From Treponema sp. (lineage in GTDB: Bacteria; Spirochaetota; Spirochaetia; Treponematales; Treponemataceae), in the NCBI RefSeq assembly GCF_051883275.1, contig NZ_JBJETK010000004.1, positions 13,270 to 77,269 on the forward strand: 64,000 nt of DNA, read 5' to 3'. Position 1 is the stretch's first letter, and every line of letters begins with the position of its first letter. The notes beneath the pieces were generated by a model. It saw only the letters and a program-made list of their open reading frames with translations. It searched no databases and was not told where the DNA came from. The translations under genes were made by a program, and so were the position numbers. Positions 46,075 to 56,691 of this stretch are shown here, piece by piece.

Positions 46075-46407
46075 CTACTTTGTCCGGTGTTTGTTGTAAA
46101 GATTCCTCGCAAACTCAATCAAAGAAGCCGCACAATCACCATTTTCATTAATCCATTTCCTTAATTCTTCTAAGTTGCGACGATCATACATGTCGTCCGT
46201 GCCAGTGTGTGTATTGCAGTCGTTTTCTACATATTTTATATAATCTTCCAAAGTCTGCAAGTTGTGCCTGTGATGTTGTCTGATAACAGGGACACCTTCT
46301 TTCTTTGCTTTTTCGGCTGTGTAATCACCCCAAGTTTTATTATGACGTGTGCAGCCACCATTATTAGACTTGCCCCAGGCAATAGTTTTCTGATATGAAC
46401 GGCTCAT
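46075..46407 (-). CDS. Hypothetical AT-rich protein
   Basis: 110 aa with a GGAGG RBS. It follows an apparently 5'-truncated ORF (..KIDWNNKASITRNVLEQIY...KKFWR*, ~46410-46560). Confidence 0.6.
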   Translation of the reverse strand: MSRSYQKTIAWGKSNNGGCTRHNKTWGDYTAEKAKKEGVPVIRQHHRHNLQTLEDYIKYVENDCNTHTGTDDMYDRRNLEELRKWINENGDCAASLIEFARNLYNKHRTK

Positions 46408-46726
46408 TCTTACCTCCAGAATTTTTTATCTTCTGGTCTTGTAGTAAATAACAATTTAGGATTTTTCTTTTTTGCAGATTTTAATTCTAATGATTTCTTA
46501 TAGATTTGTTCAAGAACATTTCTTGTAATACTGGCTTTATTATTCCAGTCAATTTTTTTTCTAATTCGGGGGGGCGTTTTTTATATGTTTCCTTAAAAGT
46601 ATTAAACTTTTTTGCTATTTTGTCGAAAATAAAAGGAATCTCCGGGAGCAGCAAATTCGGATTATCCAGTGTTTTCCGGAGGCAACTTTGAAAATGCCCT
46701 AAACAGGTTCAGGACTTCAAAAGAAA

Positions 46727-47005
46727 ATGTCGGAATTTGAAAAAGAACAGAAAAACACTATTTCTTCCTCTGAGCATGGACTGATGAAAAAGGCTCTTGA
46801 ATTATCCAAGCCGCAGAACGGCGGCGGTTCGGGGTTGCTTTCAAAAATTACAAAATCTTCATTAAGGACAAAAAATATGGCTAAGGTAATTGTAGAGCAG
46901 AATGGGATTTTTACAATCAAGGAAAATCTTGAAACTTCATCAGTAAAGCAGGATCCGGATTTAAAGTCCCTGGTTGAATCTGTTCTCAAGGGATTCCTTA
47001 AATAG
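46727..47005 (+). CDS. Hypothetical 92-aa protein
   Basis: Core-like composition; converges exactly on the thioesterase stop. Confidence 0.6.
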   Translation: MSEFEKEQKNTISSSEHGLMKKALELSKPQNGGGSGLLSKITKSSLRTKNMAKVIVEQNGIFTIKENLETSSVKQDPDLKSLVESVLKGFLK

Positions 47006-47398
47006 TCATGGCTTGAGTCCTTCGACAATATATTCCTGTGGAAGTCTTGCAGGAGCATTGTTTTTTACAGAAGCCCAGGTTACATCAGCTTCGGCGCAGA
47101 CATGCCCGTCTTCTTTTTTTATAATTTGATGAAAGGTTCCGCTTACAGCGCCAAGCTTTACAGGTGTTGTTTCAATTACAAGCTTGTCGTCAAGAAATGC
47201 TGAATTCTTATAAAAAATATCAATGTGGGTCACATAAAGATAATATCCCGCCTCGACAATTCCCTTGTAGTCGAATCCGATCTGGTGCAGGTAATCCATG
47301 CGCGCGAGTTCAAGGTAGTTGAGATACACTGCATTGTTGACATGGCTGTAGCTGTCACATTCGTATGAGCGTACAGTAAGACTTGTGCTATAGGTCAT
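47006..47398 (-). CDS. Acyl-CoA thioesterase (4HBT/YbgC hot-dog fold)
   Basis: VRSYECDSYSHVNNAVYLNYLELAR. Confidence 0.92.
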   Translation of the reverse strand: MTYSTSLTVRSYECDSYSHVNNAVYLNYLELARMDYLHQIGFDYKGIVEAGYYLYVTHIDIFYKNSAFLDDKLVIETTPVKLGAVSGTFHQIIKKEDGHVCAEADVTWASVKNNAPARLPQEYIVEGLKP

Positions 47399-47416
47399 AA
47401 AAAATTCCTTGCGCTG

Positions 47417-48967
47417 TTACTCTTCGTTTATTTCGATGTGGAAATTCTGCATAAGGGAAACGAACGAAAAAATTTCCTTGTACACAGCGATGCACATCTG
47501 CTTGAGCTTTCCTTCTGCAAAATGATCTATGTCCTTCCAGTTTCTTATGAGGGCAGGGTGCTGCTTTATGCAGTCTTCCAGAATCATCTTGAGATTTTTT
47601 CCGTAGATAATAAAGAAATTTACTGAGCTTAAAATAATTTTCGCTGCCGATGTGTTTACAAAATTCAATGTGGAATGAATTATGTTCCGTGATTCCTTGT
47701 CACGCTCTGTGCGCGGAAGGTGTGTCTTCATTTTGAGACCGAGGTCAACGCTGTCATTAAGGCTGTTGTCCAGCGCAATGATTTTGTCCACGTTTTCAAC
47801 AAGCTGATGGAATGCCTCGCTCATAGGGGAAGCAAGCTCCTGGCTGGCCCATTCACCGCGAACAAGAAGAATGTCCGAAAGCTCCTTGATGTCTTTTTTT
47901 ACATAGTCAAGGATAAACTTTTTCAGGTATGAAAGCGGCTCGCAGTATTCAAAACGACCGATTTCCTTACGCTCGAACGGCGCGCTTCCGGCTTCCGTGT
48001 AGAATTTCAGCTTTTCAATTTGAGTTGTTCCAAAGATTTGTGTCAGCAGAGCTTCGATTTTTCCCTCTGTTTGCTTTTCTTTAAGGTTGTTGAGCGTTGC
48101 TTCAGCCTGCTTTTTGGCATCGGTGATAAAATCGTCCACAATGTAAAGCTCCTTGTTAGAAACATCCTCCTTGTATGACGGATTTTCAGAAATAAGCTGA
48201 ACGAGCATTTCAATTATTCTGTTTTCTTTAAGGTAGCGGATTCTTGCAAGGATTTTTTTCCAGATTCCAGATGAAATAGGATCTACGCCCTTTGCCCTTT
48301 TTATCAGCTTGAAAACTTCCTCCCATGAGCTGTCGGAAAGAACCGGCCATGCAACATCGGCGAAATTCTTCAAGTCCTCAAGCACGTATGTTCCGCTGAT
48401 AGGAGAAAAACGCGGGGCGGCCGAAAAAGAATTTTCCTTGAGTCCGCTGTCGAATTTTTTGAGCATAAAGAAATAATCGAACTGCAAGAAATTTACAAAA
48501 TTCATGAGGTTTGTATAAAGGTTATCAATAGAAGAAATTTTTGCGCTGTCGAATTCAGAAGAGAAAGCGTCAATCTGAATTTTTGTTTCGTCAAAAACTT
48601 CTTTGAGCGGCTTTTTTCTTACAGCTTCGGTGATTGCGTTTTCCGAGATGTTATCCAGAGCTTTGAGCTGTCTTTCTGAAAGCGAATTGTTTATAACCAT
48701 GTGCTTGAATGCCGCAGGATTTATAGACTGAATCATCGCCTGTGCAGGTGAAATCGCCTTGTATATTTCATAGAAAAATTTTGCAAAACTCGGGTCTATT
48801 TCATTTGTAGAAGCTTTGTAGAAATGATATTTGGTTTTAGAAATGTTTTTTGCAATGTTTTTTAAGGCGCGTTTTTTAGCGGCTTCTGGATTGTTTCCTC
48901 CAAAAAAAGAATTCAACAAGTCCTTGAAAAAATTTCGGTTTCCCATAGTGAAAATATACATAAACAT
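47417..48967 (-). CDS. Conserved spirochaete hypothetical protein (DUF5312-like)
   Basis: 516 aa, helical. The family call is from recollection of the N-terminal PEA.KKR.LK.IAK.....KY.FY pattern. Confidence 0.6.
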   Translation of the reverse strand: MFMYIFTMGNRNFFKDLLNSFFGGNNPEAAKKRALKNIAKNISKTKYHFYKASTNEIDPSFAKFFYEIYKAISPAQAMIQSINPAAFKHMVINNSLSERQLKALDNISENAITEAVRKKPLKEVFDETKIQIDAFSSEFDSAKISSIDNLYTNLMNFVNFLQFDYFFMLKKFDSGLKENSFSAAPRFSPISGTYVLEDLKNFADVAWPVLSDSSWEEVFKLIKRAKGVDPISSGIWKKILARIRYLKENRIIEMLVQLISENPSYKEDVSNKELYIVDDFITDAKKQAEATLNNLKEKQTEGKIEALLTQIFGTTQIEKLKFYTEAGSAPFERKEIGRFEYCEPLSYLKKFILDYVKKDIKELSDILLVRGEWASQELASPMSEAFHQLVENVDKIIALDNSLNDSVDLGLKMKTHLPRTERDKESRNIIHSTLNFVNTSAAKIILSSVNFFIIYGKNLKMILEDCIKQHPALIRNWKDIDHFAEGKLKQMCIAVYKEIFSFVSLMQNFHIEINEE

Positions 48968-49029
48968 AAAAGATTTTTCAAGGCGGTTTTATTTGTGACA
49001 AACAGTGGAAAAATTTGTATAATAGAAAA

Positions 49030-51249
49030 ATGACAGAATTATTAGCTCCTGCGGGAAATATCGAGGCTCTTGATGCCGCCATAGGCGAAGGTGCGGATGC
49101 CGTTTATATGGGTTTAAAAAGTTTCAATGCCCGTCTTCGCTCCTCCAATTTTGCATGGAATCAGTTTGAAGCGGCTGTGCAGACAGTGCATCGCCTCGGA
49201 AAAAAAATTTATGTGACAGTAAATACTGTCTGCGAGGAAAACGAAACAGAGCGGCTTTACCGTTTTCTTTCATATTTAAACAAGATAAAGCCTGATGGAA
49301 TAATTGTCCAGGATTTTGGTGTAATAAGAATGTGCCAGGAATTTTTTCCTGACCTTGAAATTCATGCTTCGACCCAAATGAATGTGGAAAGCGCCGCCGC
49401 CGCAAATTTGCTGTGCAAGCAGGGTGTGAAGCGCGTTGTTGTTGCAAGGGAGCTTGGACTTGAGGAAATCCGCCTGATAAAGTCAAGAACAAATGCAGAG
49501 CTTGAGATGTTTGTGCATGGTGCGCTTTGTGTAAGTGAAAGCGGCCTGTGTCTTTTTTCAAGCTATCTCGGCGGAAAATCAGCAAACCGCGGAGTTTGTA
49601 CGCAGGCCTGCCGCAGAATATATTCAGCTGAAATTCCCGGCGCTGTTGAAAACGGATATTATTTTTCTCCCTGTGATCTGGAGCTTATTTCCCATGTGCC
49701 GGAACTCATGGAAGCCGGTGTTGACAGTTTTAAGATTGAAGGCCGCATGAAAAGCGCGGAGTATGTCGGGGCAGTTACCGCTGCTTACCGCTACGTGATG
49801 GATCATTGGAAGGAAGACAAAAAAGGTTCTATTGCGGAAGGAAAGCGCATTCTGAGCACTGATTTTGCGCGGTCAAAGACTGACTACTGGTATGGATTTA
49901 AATCTGTCCAGGAAGGTGTTGATTCGGCCGGGCAAAAAATATTGAATCCGCGTCAGGCTGGCGGAACGGGAATTTTCCTTGGCAGAGTGAACAGAACAAG
50001 GCCGGCATCTGCTTCTGAAACGGAGCAGTATTCATCCTCATTGGAAAAAAAGCAGGATTTTGCCATTCAGATGGCAGAAATTTCAGGCGGCGACTACAGC
50101 CCTGATCCAGGGGACAGCATCCGTCTTCACCGCAAGGATGACAGCGGCCGTGAAAGTCATAAAATCCGTGTGCTTTCTATAGATGAAAAAGGCTCAAGAT
50201 GGATTGATATTCCGCAGGGTTTTTCAAAAGGGGACAGCGTTTATCTTTTGCAGACAAAGTCAATGTCCAAGCGGTACAAGCGCATCCTTCCGCCTGACCT
50301 TTCGCGCTTTAGAAAACAGCCGGGGCCGGAGCGGCTTCCTATTCTGGATCTTACTCCTCTTGCGCGCAATCAGCTGGATTGGTTTCCGGAAGGGCTTTAT
50401 GTCCAGGTTTCCACTGTTTCAGATGCGCACATTGTATCTGCGCTTCATCCTGTCCGCCTAATAATTGAGCTTAACTCTGAAACCACCTATGACCTTTTGA
50501 ACAAGGACAGCCCTTCGCGCCCAATTCTTCCGTACAGCAAAAAAATGGTCATGATTTCCCTGGATCCTTTTTTTGATGAAGGAAGGGCGGACGAATTCGG
50601 CAGGACACTTTCTGCGCTTGTGGAAAAAGGCTACACGGCTTTTATTGTGAATAATATTGCGCATATAAACATCCTAAAAAAGTATAAGGTCAATATCATC
50701 GCCGGGCCTTATCTGTACACTTTCAACCGGTGGGCGGTCAGCTTCCTTGAAAACAACAACATTATGGCTTTGCAGTCACCGGCTGAAAATTCAGAGAAGA
50801 ATCTGGCCCGTGTGTTTGAAACTCCTGCCGAGCGCTCAAGGGTTCTGCTGAGCGTATTCTCTTATCCTGTTTTGTTCAGGATGAGATTCAAGCTTCCGGC
50901 CGACTATAATTTTACCTATTTCAGCGACAAGGAGGGAATGGGATTCAAGGTGAATTCCACGCCTGACGGTTCGTTTGTTATGCCCGAGTACCCGTTCAGT
51001 CTTTTGGACAAAATGGATACTTTAAAAGGAAAAGGGTGGACAAGGCAGCTTATAGATTTTTCAAAGACAAAGGTTTTGAAAAGCGATATAAGGAACCTTG
51101 TTTCCCTTATCCAAAAGCGCGAATTCATAACCGGAGCTTCCCGGTTCAACTGGAAAGATGGCTTTTACAGTCCGGAAAAACTTGAGGCATATCAGGCCGC
51201 CCAGGAAAGAAACATGCAGGCTGCAAAGCTTTCTAAAAAGCGAAAATAA
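49030..51249 (+). CDS. Peptidase U32 family protein
   Basis: ELLAPAGN...GADAVYMG...FNAR, HASTQMN, E.FVHGALCVSESG.C..SS..GG.SANRGVCTQACR, DSFKIEGRMKS.EYV. Confidence 0.93.
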   Translation: MTELLAPAGNIEALDAAIGEGADAVYMGLKSFNARLRSSNFAWNQFEAAVQTVHRLGKKIYVTVNTVCEENETERLYRFLSYLNKIKPDGIIVQDFGVIRMCQEFFPDLEIHASTQMNVESAAAANLLCKQGVKRVVVARELGLEEIRLIKSRTNAELEMFVHGALCVSESGLCLFSSYLGGKSANRGVCTQACRRIYSAEIPGAVENGYYFSPCDLELISHVPELMEAGVDSFKIEGRMKSAEYVGAVTAAYRYVMDHWKEDKKGSIAEGKRILSTDFARSKTDYWYGFKSVQEGVDSAGQKILNPRQAGGTGIFLGRVNRTRPASASETEQYSSSLEKKQDFAIQMAEISGGDYSPDPGDSIRLHRKDDSGRESHKIRVLSIDEKGSRWIDIPQGFSKGDSVYLLQTKSMSKRYKRILPPDLSRFRKQPGPERLPILDLTPLARNQLDWFPEGLYVQVSTVSDAHIVSALHPVRLIIELNSETTYDLLNKDSPSRPILPYSKKMVMISLDPFFDEGRADEFGRTLSALVEKGYTAFIVNNIAHINILKKYKVNIIAGPYLYTFNRWAVSFLENNNIMALQSPAENSEKNLARVFETPAERSRVLLSVFSYPVLFRMRFKLPADYNFTYFSDKEGMGFKVNSTPDGSFVMPEYPFSLLDKMDTLKGKGWTRQLIDFSKTKVLKSDIRNLVSLIQKREFITGASRFNWKDGFYSPEKLEAYQAAQERNMQAAKLSKKRK

Positions 51250-51302
51250 TTTTGGCCAGCATCACAAGCCCCTGAAAAACAGAATTTTCCGGGGCTTGTT
51301 TT

Positions 51303-51752
51303 TTAGAATTCCAGGTCGTCGTCTTCAGGCGGCTCGCGGAATTCTTCCTGCAAGGATTCCCGGGATTTTATTTTTCTGGAATTATTTTCAGTTCCGGATG
51401 AATTTTCCTCCGGGTCTTTTTTGGCAAGCGGCTTGAAGTCTATGTGTTCTGCGATTATTTCTATGCTGCTGCGTTTTTTTCCATCTTCGCTCTTTAGTGT
51501 TGTTTGCTTGAGCCTTCCTACAACCCGGATGCCTCTTCCCTTGGAGCACCATTTTTCGCACAGTTCCGCTGTCTGCCCGAATGTCGCAATGTCAAAGTAT
51601 GAAACTTCGTCAATGTAGGAGCCGTCGCCTCCCTTATATTTTCTGTTTACCGCTATTGGAACACGGCAGAATGCGGCTCCGTTTTTGCAGCTTTTCTTTT
51701 CCGGCTGGCGGACGACGTTTCCTTCGATGATGATTTGATTCAAGGCGTTCAT
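51303..51752 (-). CDS. ssb: Single-stranded DNA-binding protein
   Basis: LNQIIIEGNVVRQPE...IAVNR...VSYFDI.TFG..AE.C.....KGRG.RVVGRLKQ...IEIIAEHIDF; acidic tail. Start moved to ATG 51752 (GGAGG RBS). Confidence 0.92.
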   Translation of the reverse strand: MNALNQIIIEGNVVRQPEKKSCKNGAAFCRVPIAVNRKYKGGDGSYIDEVSYFDIATFGQTAELCEKWCSKGRGIRVVGRLKQTTLKSEDGKKRSSIEIIAEHIDFKPLAKKDPEENSSGTENNSRKIKSRESLQEEFREPPEDDDLEF

Positions 51753-51947
51753 AGATTCCTCCGTAAAAATGTTTTCCAGAAGCTTTTTGCTTCCGAAGCT
51801 TTTACTGGAATTTATTTCTGTTTTTTTTAAAAAACTGCACGTTTTGCGGAAAAAATCCAAGGAAAAGCAAAAAAATTCTTGAAAATGAATTTTTAGACTT
51901 TCTCTTTTTATGTTTACTCTTGTTCTTTTTCAATATATAATGGAAAC

Positions 51948-53888
51948 ATGGCTACAACCTCAAATATTTTGACACTTTTAAAATTTAACTGCACAAAGCA
52001 GAAGACGGACATGCTCGAGTATGGGCAGTTTGCGGAATATGTTCATAGATATGCCCAGCATCATATCGAAGAAAATTCTGCTCTGGAAAGCTACTGCACC
52101 ACTGATTACAAGAGTACACTAGAGGCTGAACTGAACACCCTTGTAGCTGACCGCCAGGTTGTAATTGGCTCTATACGCAATAAGGATTATATTTTTGTTG
52201 TTCCTTATTTCATTGAAAAATACAATGCGCTTTTTAATCAGATTGAGGCGAACATCTCCATTCCGTTCCCGAGCATAAATGACATGCCGAAAGTTGTTCC
52301 CCTTGATGTTGTTACAAAAAAGCAGGCTGACGACATTATCTTTGACCGCCTGGACAAGGAGGAGCTGAACGACAGGGCTTTGTACTGCATTGTTTTTTCA
52401 AAATCCGTTCCTTCTCTTATTTTTCCGTCGTCATATTCTATTACTTCTCTCATAAATCTTTCGCTGAAAAAGATTCAGGAGCTGATGCACAAAGAGGAAA
52501 CGCACGACTATTTTTTGAAGAAGCTTTCTATTTCAAATCCGGGAAAGGAGCTTTCAATAAAGACATTTTTCAATAAATTCTGCGCGAATCCCCAGGCGGT
52601 TCTTGATGTTTTAAAGACCAGCGGCGACAATTTTTATTACTGGAGCCAGCTGTGCTATTTTATAAAGCAGGATTACACAAAGCTCAAGGATTTTGCTCCA
52701 GAGGATGTTACAATTCTTCAGTCTGTTGCAATAATTGAAATAACCACTTCCTATTATAAGTCCAAGGCGGCGGAAAGAATGCAGGCGGAAGCCGCGTTTG
52801 AGCAGCTTGATCTCCTTATGAAAAATCCTCCGTACTATTATAACATGAATGACATCAGGAAGATGAAGGACAAGTCTGGAATTCCGCTTTTAGGCCAGTA
52901 CAAGGAAGAGCAGCTGCTTGAGCATCTCAAGGCAAAAACCCAGGAGTCTGTCGGAAACCAGATGCCGGAGCTTTTGATTTTCAAGATTAACGACGGAAGC
53001 GGCTACTACATTTTCAAGGAGCGTGTTATTCCGCTTATACTCAGGCTTGCAAATGATGTTAGAGTTTTAGTCCGCGAGGCTCTTATAAAAAAATGGTACA
53101 GTTATCTGCGCGAATACGAAATGCTTTCGGAAATGAAGGAGAACACTGCCTTTGAGCGTTGTCTTGAGCGTGAAGTTTCTTCTATAGAGCCTGTTCTTTC
53201 CGCGCTGCTGAACGCTTCGTTCTTGCCGGTTGTTGCTTTTGAAGACCAGACTCCAGGGCACGCAGGACTTTTCAGAAACGGCACGATGATTTCCTACAGC
53301 GAGCTTCTTATGCTGAGCAGGCATGAGCTTTTGGCGGATGCAAAGCTTAAGCTTCCGTTCTGGTACGCAATGCCGATTATTTCGTTCTTTATGAAGCTCC
53401 TGTTCAAAAAGCCCCGGGCAAAAATTAGAAAAAACGCAGGAACTTCCGCCACCCTGAAAATTCAGAATGAGCAGAAGGAAAAGGAAAAGGAAATGCTGAA
53501 ACGCCGCGACGAGGACGACAGCATAGACCCAAAGAATGCCCGCCGCCGCGACCTTCGGAAAATCGCCATTGAAATTGAAAAGGAATTTGTTCCGGAAAGC
53601 AGCACGCTGGAACGCGAGCTTAAAGGCTACATGCATGAATGGAACGATAGAATCGGCAAGCAGAACTATGAAAATCTTGGAGAGGATGTAAATGCGCTGA
53701 TACGGGACTATTTTAGAAAAGTCCTCAGAAGCCTTAAAGCCGACACATTCAATGCCGAGCGAATTCAGCGGCTTGCAGAGTCCCTTGTGGACACTCCGAG
53801 CATGATGAAGATAAAAAATCATCCTGCCTTGAAAAGGTATGTAGAGCTTTATATTTTGAAGATTGTAAAAAACCTGCCTTCAAATTAA
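51948..53888 (+). CDS. Conserved hypothetical protein
   Basis: 646 aa ORF with core-like composition; no motif recognised. Confidence 0.75.
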   Translation: MATTSNILTLLKFNCTKQKTDMLEYGQFAEYVHRYAQHHIEENSALESYCTTDYKSTLEAELNTLVADRQVVIGSIRNKDYIFVVPYFIEKYNALFNQIEANISIPFPSINDMPKVVPLDVVTKKQADDIIFDRLDKEELNDRALYCIVFSKSVPSLIFPSSYSITSLINLSLKKIQELMHKEETHDYFLKKLSISNPGKELSIKTFFNKFCANPQAVLDVLKTSGDNFYYWSQLCYFIKQDYTKLKDFAPEDVTILQSVAIIEITTSYYKSKAAERMQAEAAFEQLDLLMKNPPYYYNMNDIRKMKDKSGIPLLGQYKEEQLLEHLKAKTQESVGNQMPELLIFKINDGSGYYIFKERVIPLILRLANDVRVLVREALIKKWYSYLREYEMLSEMKENTAFERCLEREVSSIEPVLSALLNASFLPVVAFEDQTPGHAGLFRNGTMISYSELLMLSRHELLADAKLKLPFWYAMPIISFFMKLLFKKPRAKIRKNAGTSATLKIQNEQKEKEKEMLKRRDEDDSIDPKNARRRDLRKIAIEIEKEFVPESSTLERELKGYMHEWNDRIGKQNYENLGEDVNALIRDYFRKVLRSLKADTFNAERIQRLAESLVDTPSMMKIKNHPALKRYVELYILKIVKNLPSN

Positions 53889-54099
53889 GTGAAAGTCTAC
53901 GGGCGGTGATTGGCATTTTTCTGCTATTTTTTGTATTTATTTGAAATAGCGAAAACAGCAGATGTTGTTCGTGCGGAGGTTTGATGCCCGGTGCTTGCAT
54001 CGGGGTTGTTGTTTATTGGCACTGGATAATCCGGTTTTGCATTGTTCAGTGTTTCCCTGAAATTCATTTTCAAAGCTTTTGTTTTAGCGGGGTTTTTCT

Positions 54100-55155
54100 A
54101 TGATTACATATTGGCAGCAGGAAAACGGCAAGCTGGTGAGCAAGGAAAAAAACGAGCTTGCTCCAGAAATGAACACATGGGTTGATGCCCGCTCTGTTAC
54201 CAGGGATGATATCCGCGAGCTGGAAGAAACCTATGGAATTGATCCTGAAAATATGCTTGATATACTTGACCCGGACGAGCTTTCCCGAATTGAACGCAAT
54301 GACGACACCGGCTATACCTTTACAATTATAAAGCTTCCGGTTTTTTCCCCGGGCGATGATGTGAGCTATTTTACAGCGCCGCTGGGCATTATTACATTTG
54401 ATTCGTTTTTTATAACAATCTGCTGGACTGACTGCGAGGTTCTGAAGGATTTTGCGGCCAACAGAATCAAAGAGCTTTCTCTGAACGATTTTCCTGCTTT
54501 TACAATCCGGTTTATGTCGCGCGCAGACCTTACCTTTCTTAGGTACCTGAAGGAGCTGAACCGCCGGGCAACCACAATTCAGAACGAAATGCTCCGCTCC
54601 GTGCAGAACCATGAGCTGATTCAGCTTTTGAACATACAGAAATCGCTCGTGTTTTTTACAACTTCCCTCAAGAGCAACCAGATGCTTCTGGAAAAGCTCC
54701 GCAAGACAAAGATTCTGAAGCTTGACGAGGAAGACCAGGACTGGATTGATGACGTTGAAATCGACAACCGCCAGGCTCTTGAAATGGCCGATATGTACAC
54801 AAACATTATGGCCGGAATGAACGATGCTTTTGCCTCTGTTTTGTCAAACAACCTGAATATTGTCATGAAGACAATGACAGCCTGGAATCTTGTGCTCATG
54901 CTTCCAACGCTGGTGACAAGCTATTTTGGAATAAACGTTCCGCTTCCATGGGCTGATTCAAGATGGGTTGGAGCCGCGGCGATTGCGGGGCTTTGTGTTT
55001 TCACTTCGATATTCGGCTATTTTTTCTTTATGAAGCGGCGGCTTACTCCGGCTGTTGAAGTGCGAAAAAGAATTTCAGCTAAAAAGCGCAAGGCTGAGCG
55101 GAAGCAGATGCGTTATCTGAAAAAACAGGAAAGAATAGCGGAGAAACGAAAATGA
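54100..55155 (+). CDS. corA: CorA family Mg2+/Co2+ transporter
   Basis: DILDPDE.SRIE, SVLSNNLN.VMK..T...L.L..PT..TS.FG.NV.LP (GIN variant of the GMN motif), two C-terminal TM helices. Confidence 0.92.
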   Translation: MITYWQQENGKLVSKEKNELAPEMNTWVDARSVTRDDIRELEETYGIDPENMLDILDPDELSRIERNDDTGYTFTIIKLPVFSPGDDVSYFTAPLGIITFDSFFITICWTDCEVLKDFAANRIKELSLNDFPAFTIRFMSRADLTFLRYLKELNRRATTIQNEMLRSVQNHELIQLLNIQKSLVFFTTSLKSNQMLLEKLRKTKILKLDEEDQDWIDDVEIDNRQALEMADMYTNIMAGMNDAFASVLSNNLNIVMKTMTAWNLVLMLPTLVTSYFGINVPLPWADSRWVGAAAIAGLCVFTSIFGYFFFMKRRLTPAVEVRKRISAKKRKAERKQMRYLKKQERIAEKRK

Positions 55156-56123
55156 AATTGATAAAGGCGGCGGCATTTATTTTTTTTGCGGCGGGGCTTT
55201 CTGCGCAGGAAATTCACGCGGAAACTTTTTCGGAACTTGATTTTGTGGAGTTTTCTACGCCTCCCGGGGGAATTGAATATGTTATCGGCGAAGACTTGCA
55301 GTCTGTGACAGCCAAACGGAAAGTTTTTTCATTCAGGCTTAACCGCTATGAAACAACATACAGCCTGTGGTACAAGGTGCGCCTATGGGCGGAGGAAAAC
55401 GGATATGTTTTTGCAAACCCAGGGCAGGAAGGTTCCGGAGGACAGCGCGGAAAAAGTCCTTCGCAGATGAACTGCTATGAGCCGGTTACAGGCATAAACT
55501 GGTACGATGCCCTTGTGTGGTGCAATGCGCTCAGCGAAATGGAAGGTCTTGCTCCAAGCTATTCTTATAAAGGCAATGTTTTGAGAGATGCCACAGACAC
55601 TGTTTCCTGCGATCTTGCGGAATGTGACTGGCAGAGCAAGTCCTACAGGCTTCCTTCTGAAACGGAATGGGAATATGCCGCCCGGAAAACTCCAGCGGGA
55701 TTGCAGCCCGGGGATTTGGCCAGCGGACAGATTGATGCGGCAGGAAAGGGAGATTCTTCTGTTTGCGCGGATGAAGTCGCCTGGTACTTTGAAAATACCG
55801 GCGGAACAAGGAGAGTTGGAACAGCCGGAACTCCTTTTTCCACGAGCGCGCCTCCAAGCCCTTCAAGCGGAAATCCCAACGGCGCAGGAATTTTCGACAT
55901 GAGCGGAAACGTGCTGGAATTCTGCTGGGACTGGGAAGCTCCGTACAAGGCTGTGGATTTGTCAGAGCGTTATTCAGGCCCGCAGTTCGGCTCGGAACGC
56001 ATTATGCGCGGCGGAAGCTGGAATAAATACACAATGTTCATCTCGGCGGCCGACCGCTATTCCTATGACCCCAACGAGGCGTACAATTTCTTCGGATTCA
56101 GGATTGCGGCTGGTGTGGAATGA
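55152..56123 (+). CDS. Formylglycine-generating enzyme (SUMF1) domain protein
   Basis: PVTGINWYDA..WCN.LS, YRLPSETEWEYAAR, N..GIFDMSGNV.EFCWD, RGGSW, GFRI. Confidence 0.92.
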   Translation: MKLIKAAAFIFFAAGLSAQEIHAETFSELDFVEFSTPPGGIEYVIGEDLQSVTAKRKVFSFRLNRYETTYSLWYKVRLWAEENGYVFANPGQEGSGGQRGKSPSQMNCYEPVTGINWYDALVWCNALSEMEGLAPSYSYKGNVLRDATDTVSCDLAECDWQSKSYRLPSETEWEYAARKTPAGLQPGDLASGQIDAAGKGDSSVCADEVAWYFENTGGTRRVGTAGTPFSTSAPPSPSSGNPNGAGIFDMSGNVLEFCWDWEAPYKAVDLSERYSGPQFGSERIMRGGSWNKYTMFISAADRYSYDPNEAYNFFGFRIAAGVE

Positions 56124-56575
56124 ATTTTCAAAATTACAAGGAGCTTTTGCTTTCTTCACTTTCCGGAAATTATGACACCAGCGCTTTTTACCTTGGCGAG
56201 GAATATGACATAGCTGGAGTTCTGCGCAAAAACGAAGATGGATTTGAGCTGAGGGAAGTCTGTCTTGTTTCGTTCTGCAAAGATGAAGGGGCTGTGCTTG
56301 GCCAGCTTGACAGGCTCCCTGAAATTGCGCTTTCCGGGGCTTCATCTTTTTTAAGAAACAGGCGTTCTGTGGTTGTAAGGGTTCTTGTGATGGAAAGTGT
56401 ACCCTTTGAACTTGCCAAGAGAATCCGTGGGTTCAGCTTCAGCAGGGCAAAAAAGGGGCAGTTTTGGAGCTATGCCGAAGCAAAGGTTGTCCTTGTTGAT
56501 TTAAACAATGAAATGGTTTATTCAAATCTTTCAGGCGAAGACATAAAGGATTCTTTTAAATTCACGCAGTCATAG
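56120..56575 (+). CDS. Hypothetical protein
   Basis: 151 aa; overlaps the upstream stop codon (operonic). Confidence 0.65.
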   Translation: MNFQNYKELLLSSLSGNYDTSAFYLGEEYDIAGVLRKNEDGFELREVCLVSFCKDEGAVLGQLDRLPEIALSGASSFLRNRRSVVVRVLVMESVPFELAKRIRGFSFSRAKKGQFWSYAEAKVVLVDLNNEMVYSNLSGEDIKDSFKFTQS

Positions 56576-56691
56576 GCTCTGCGGAAATTTGCCGCTGTAG
56601 GTTCTGAAAAAATCATTTAAAAAGAATTTTTAGAGTTTCCCCTGATGCACCTTAATTGAAAATTATTGCAAGATAAACTAGAATAGTTTTC

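Noticed and set aside
46717-47058. 113-aa minus-strand ORF
   Set aside because: It is antisense to 46727-47005 and overlaps the thioesterase gene; the plus-strand ORF fits the gene packing better.
53940-54099. M-box (ykoK) Mg2+ riboswitch upstream of corA
   Set aside because: Only short hairpins are visible (e.g. 53987-54004); the conserved M-box core could not be found.
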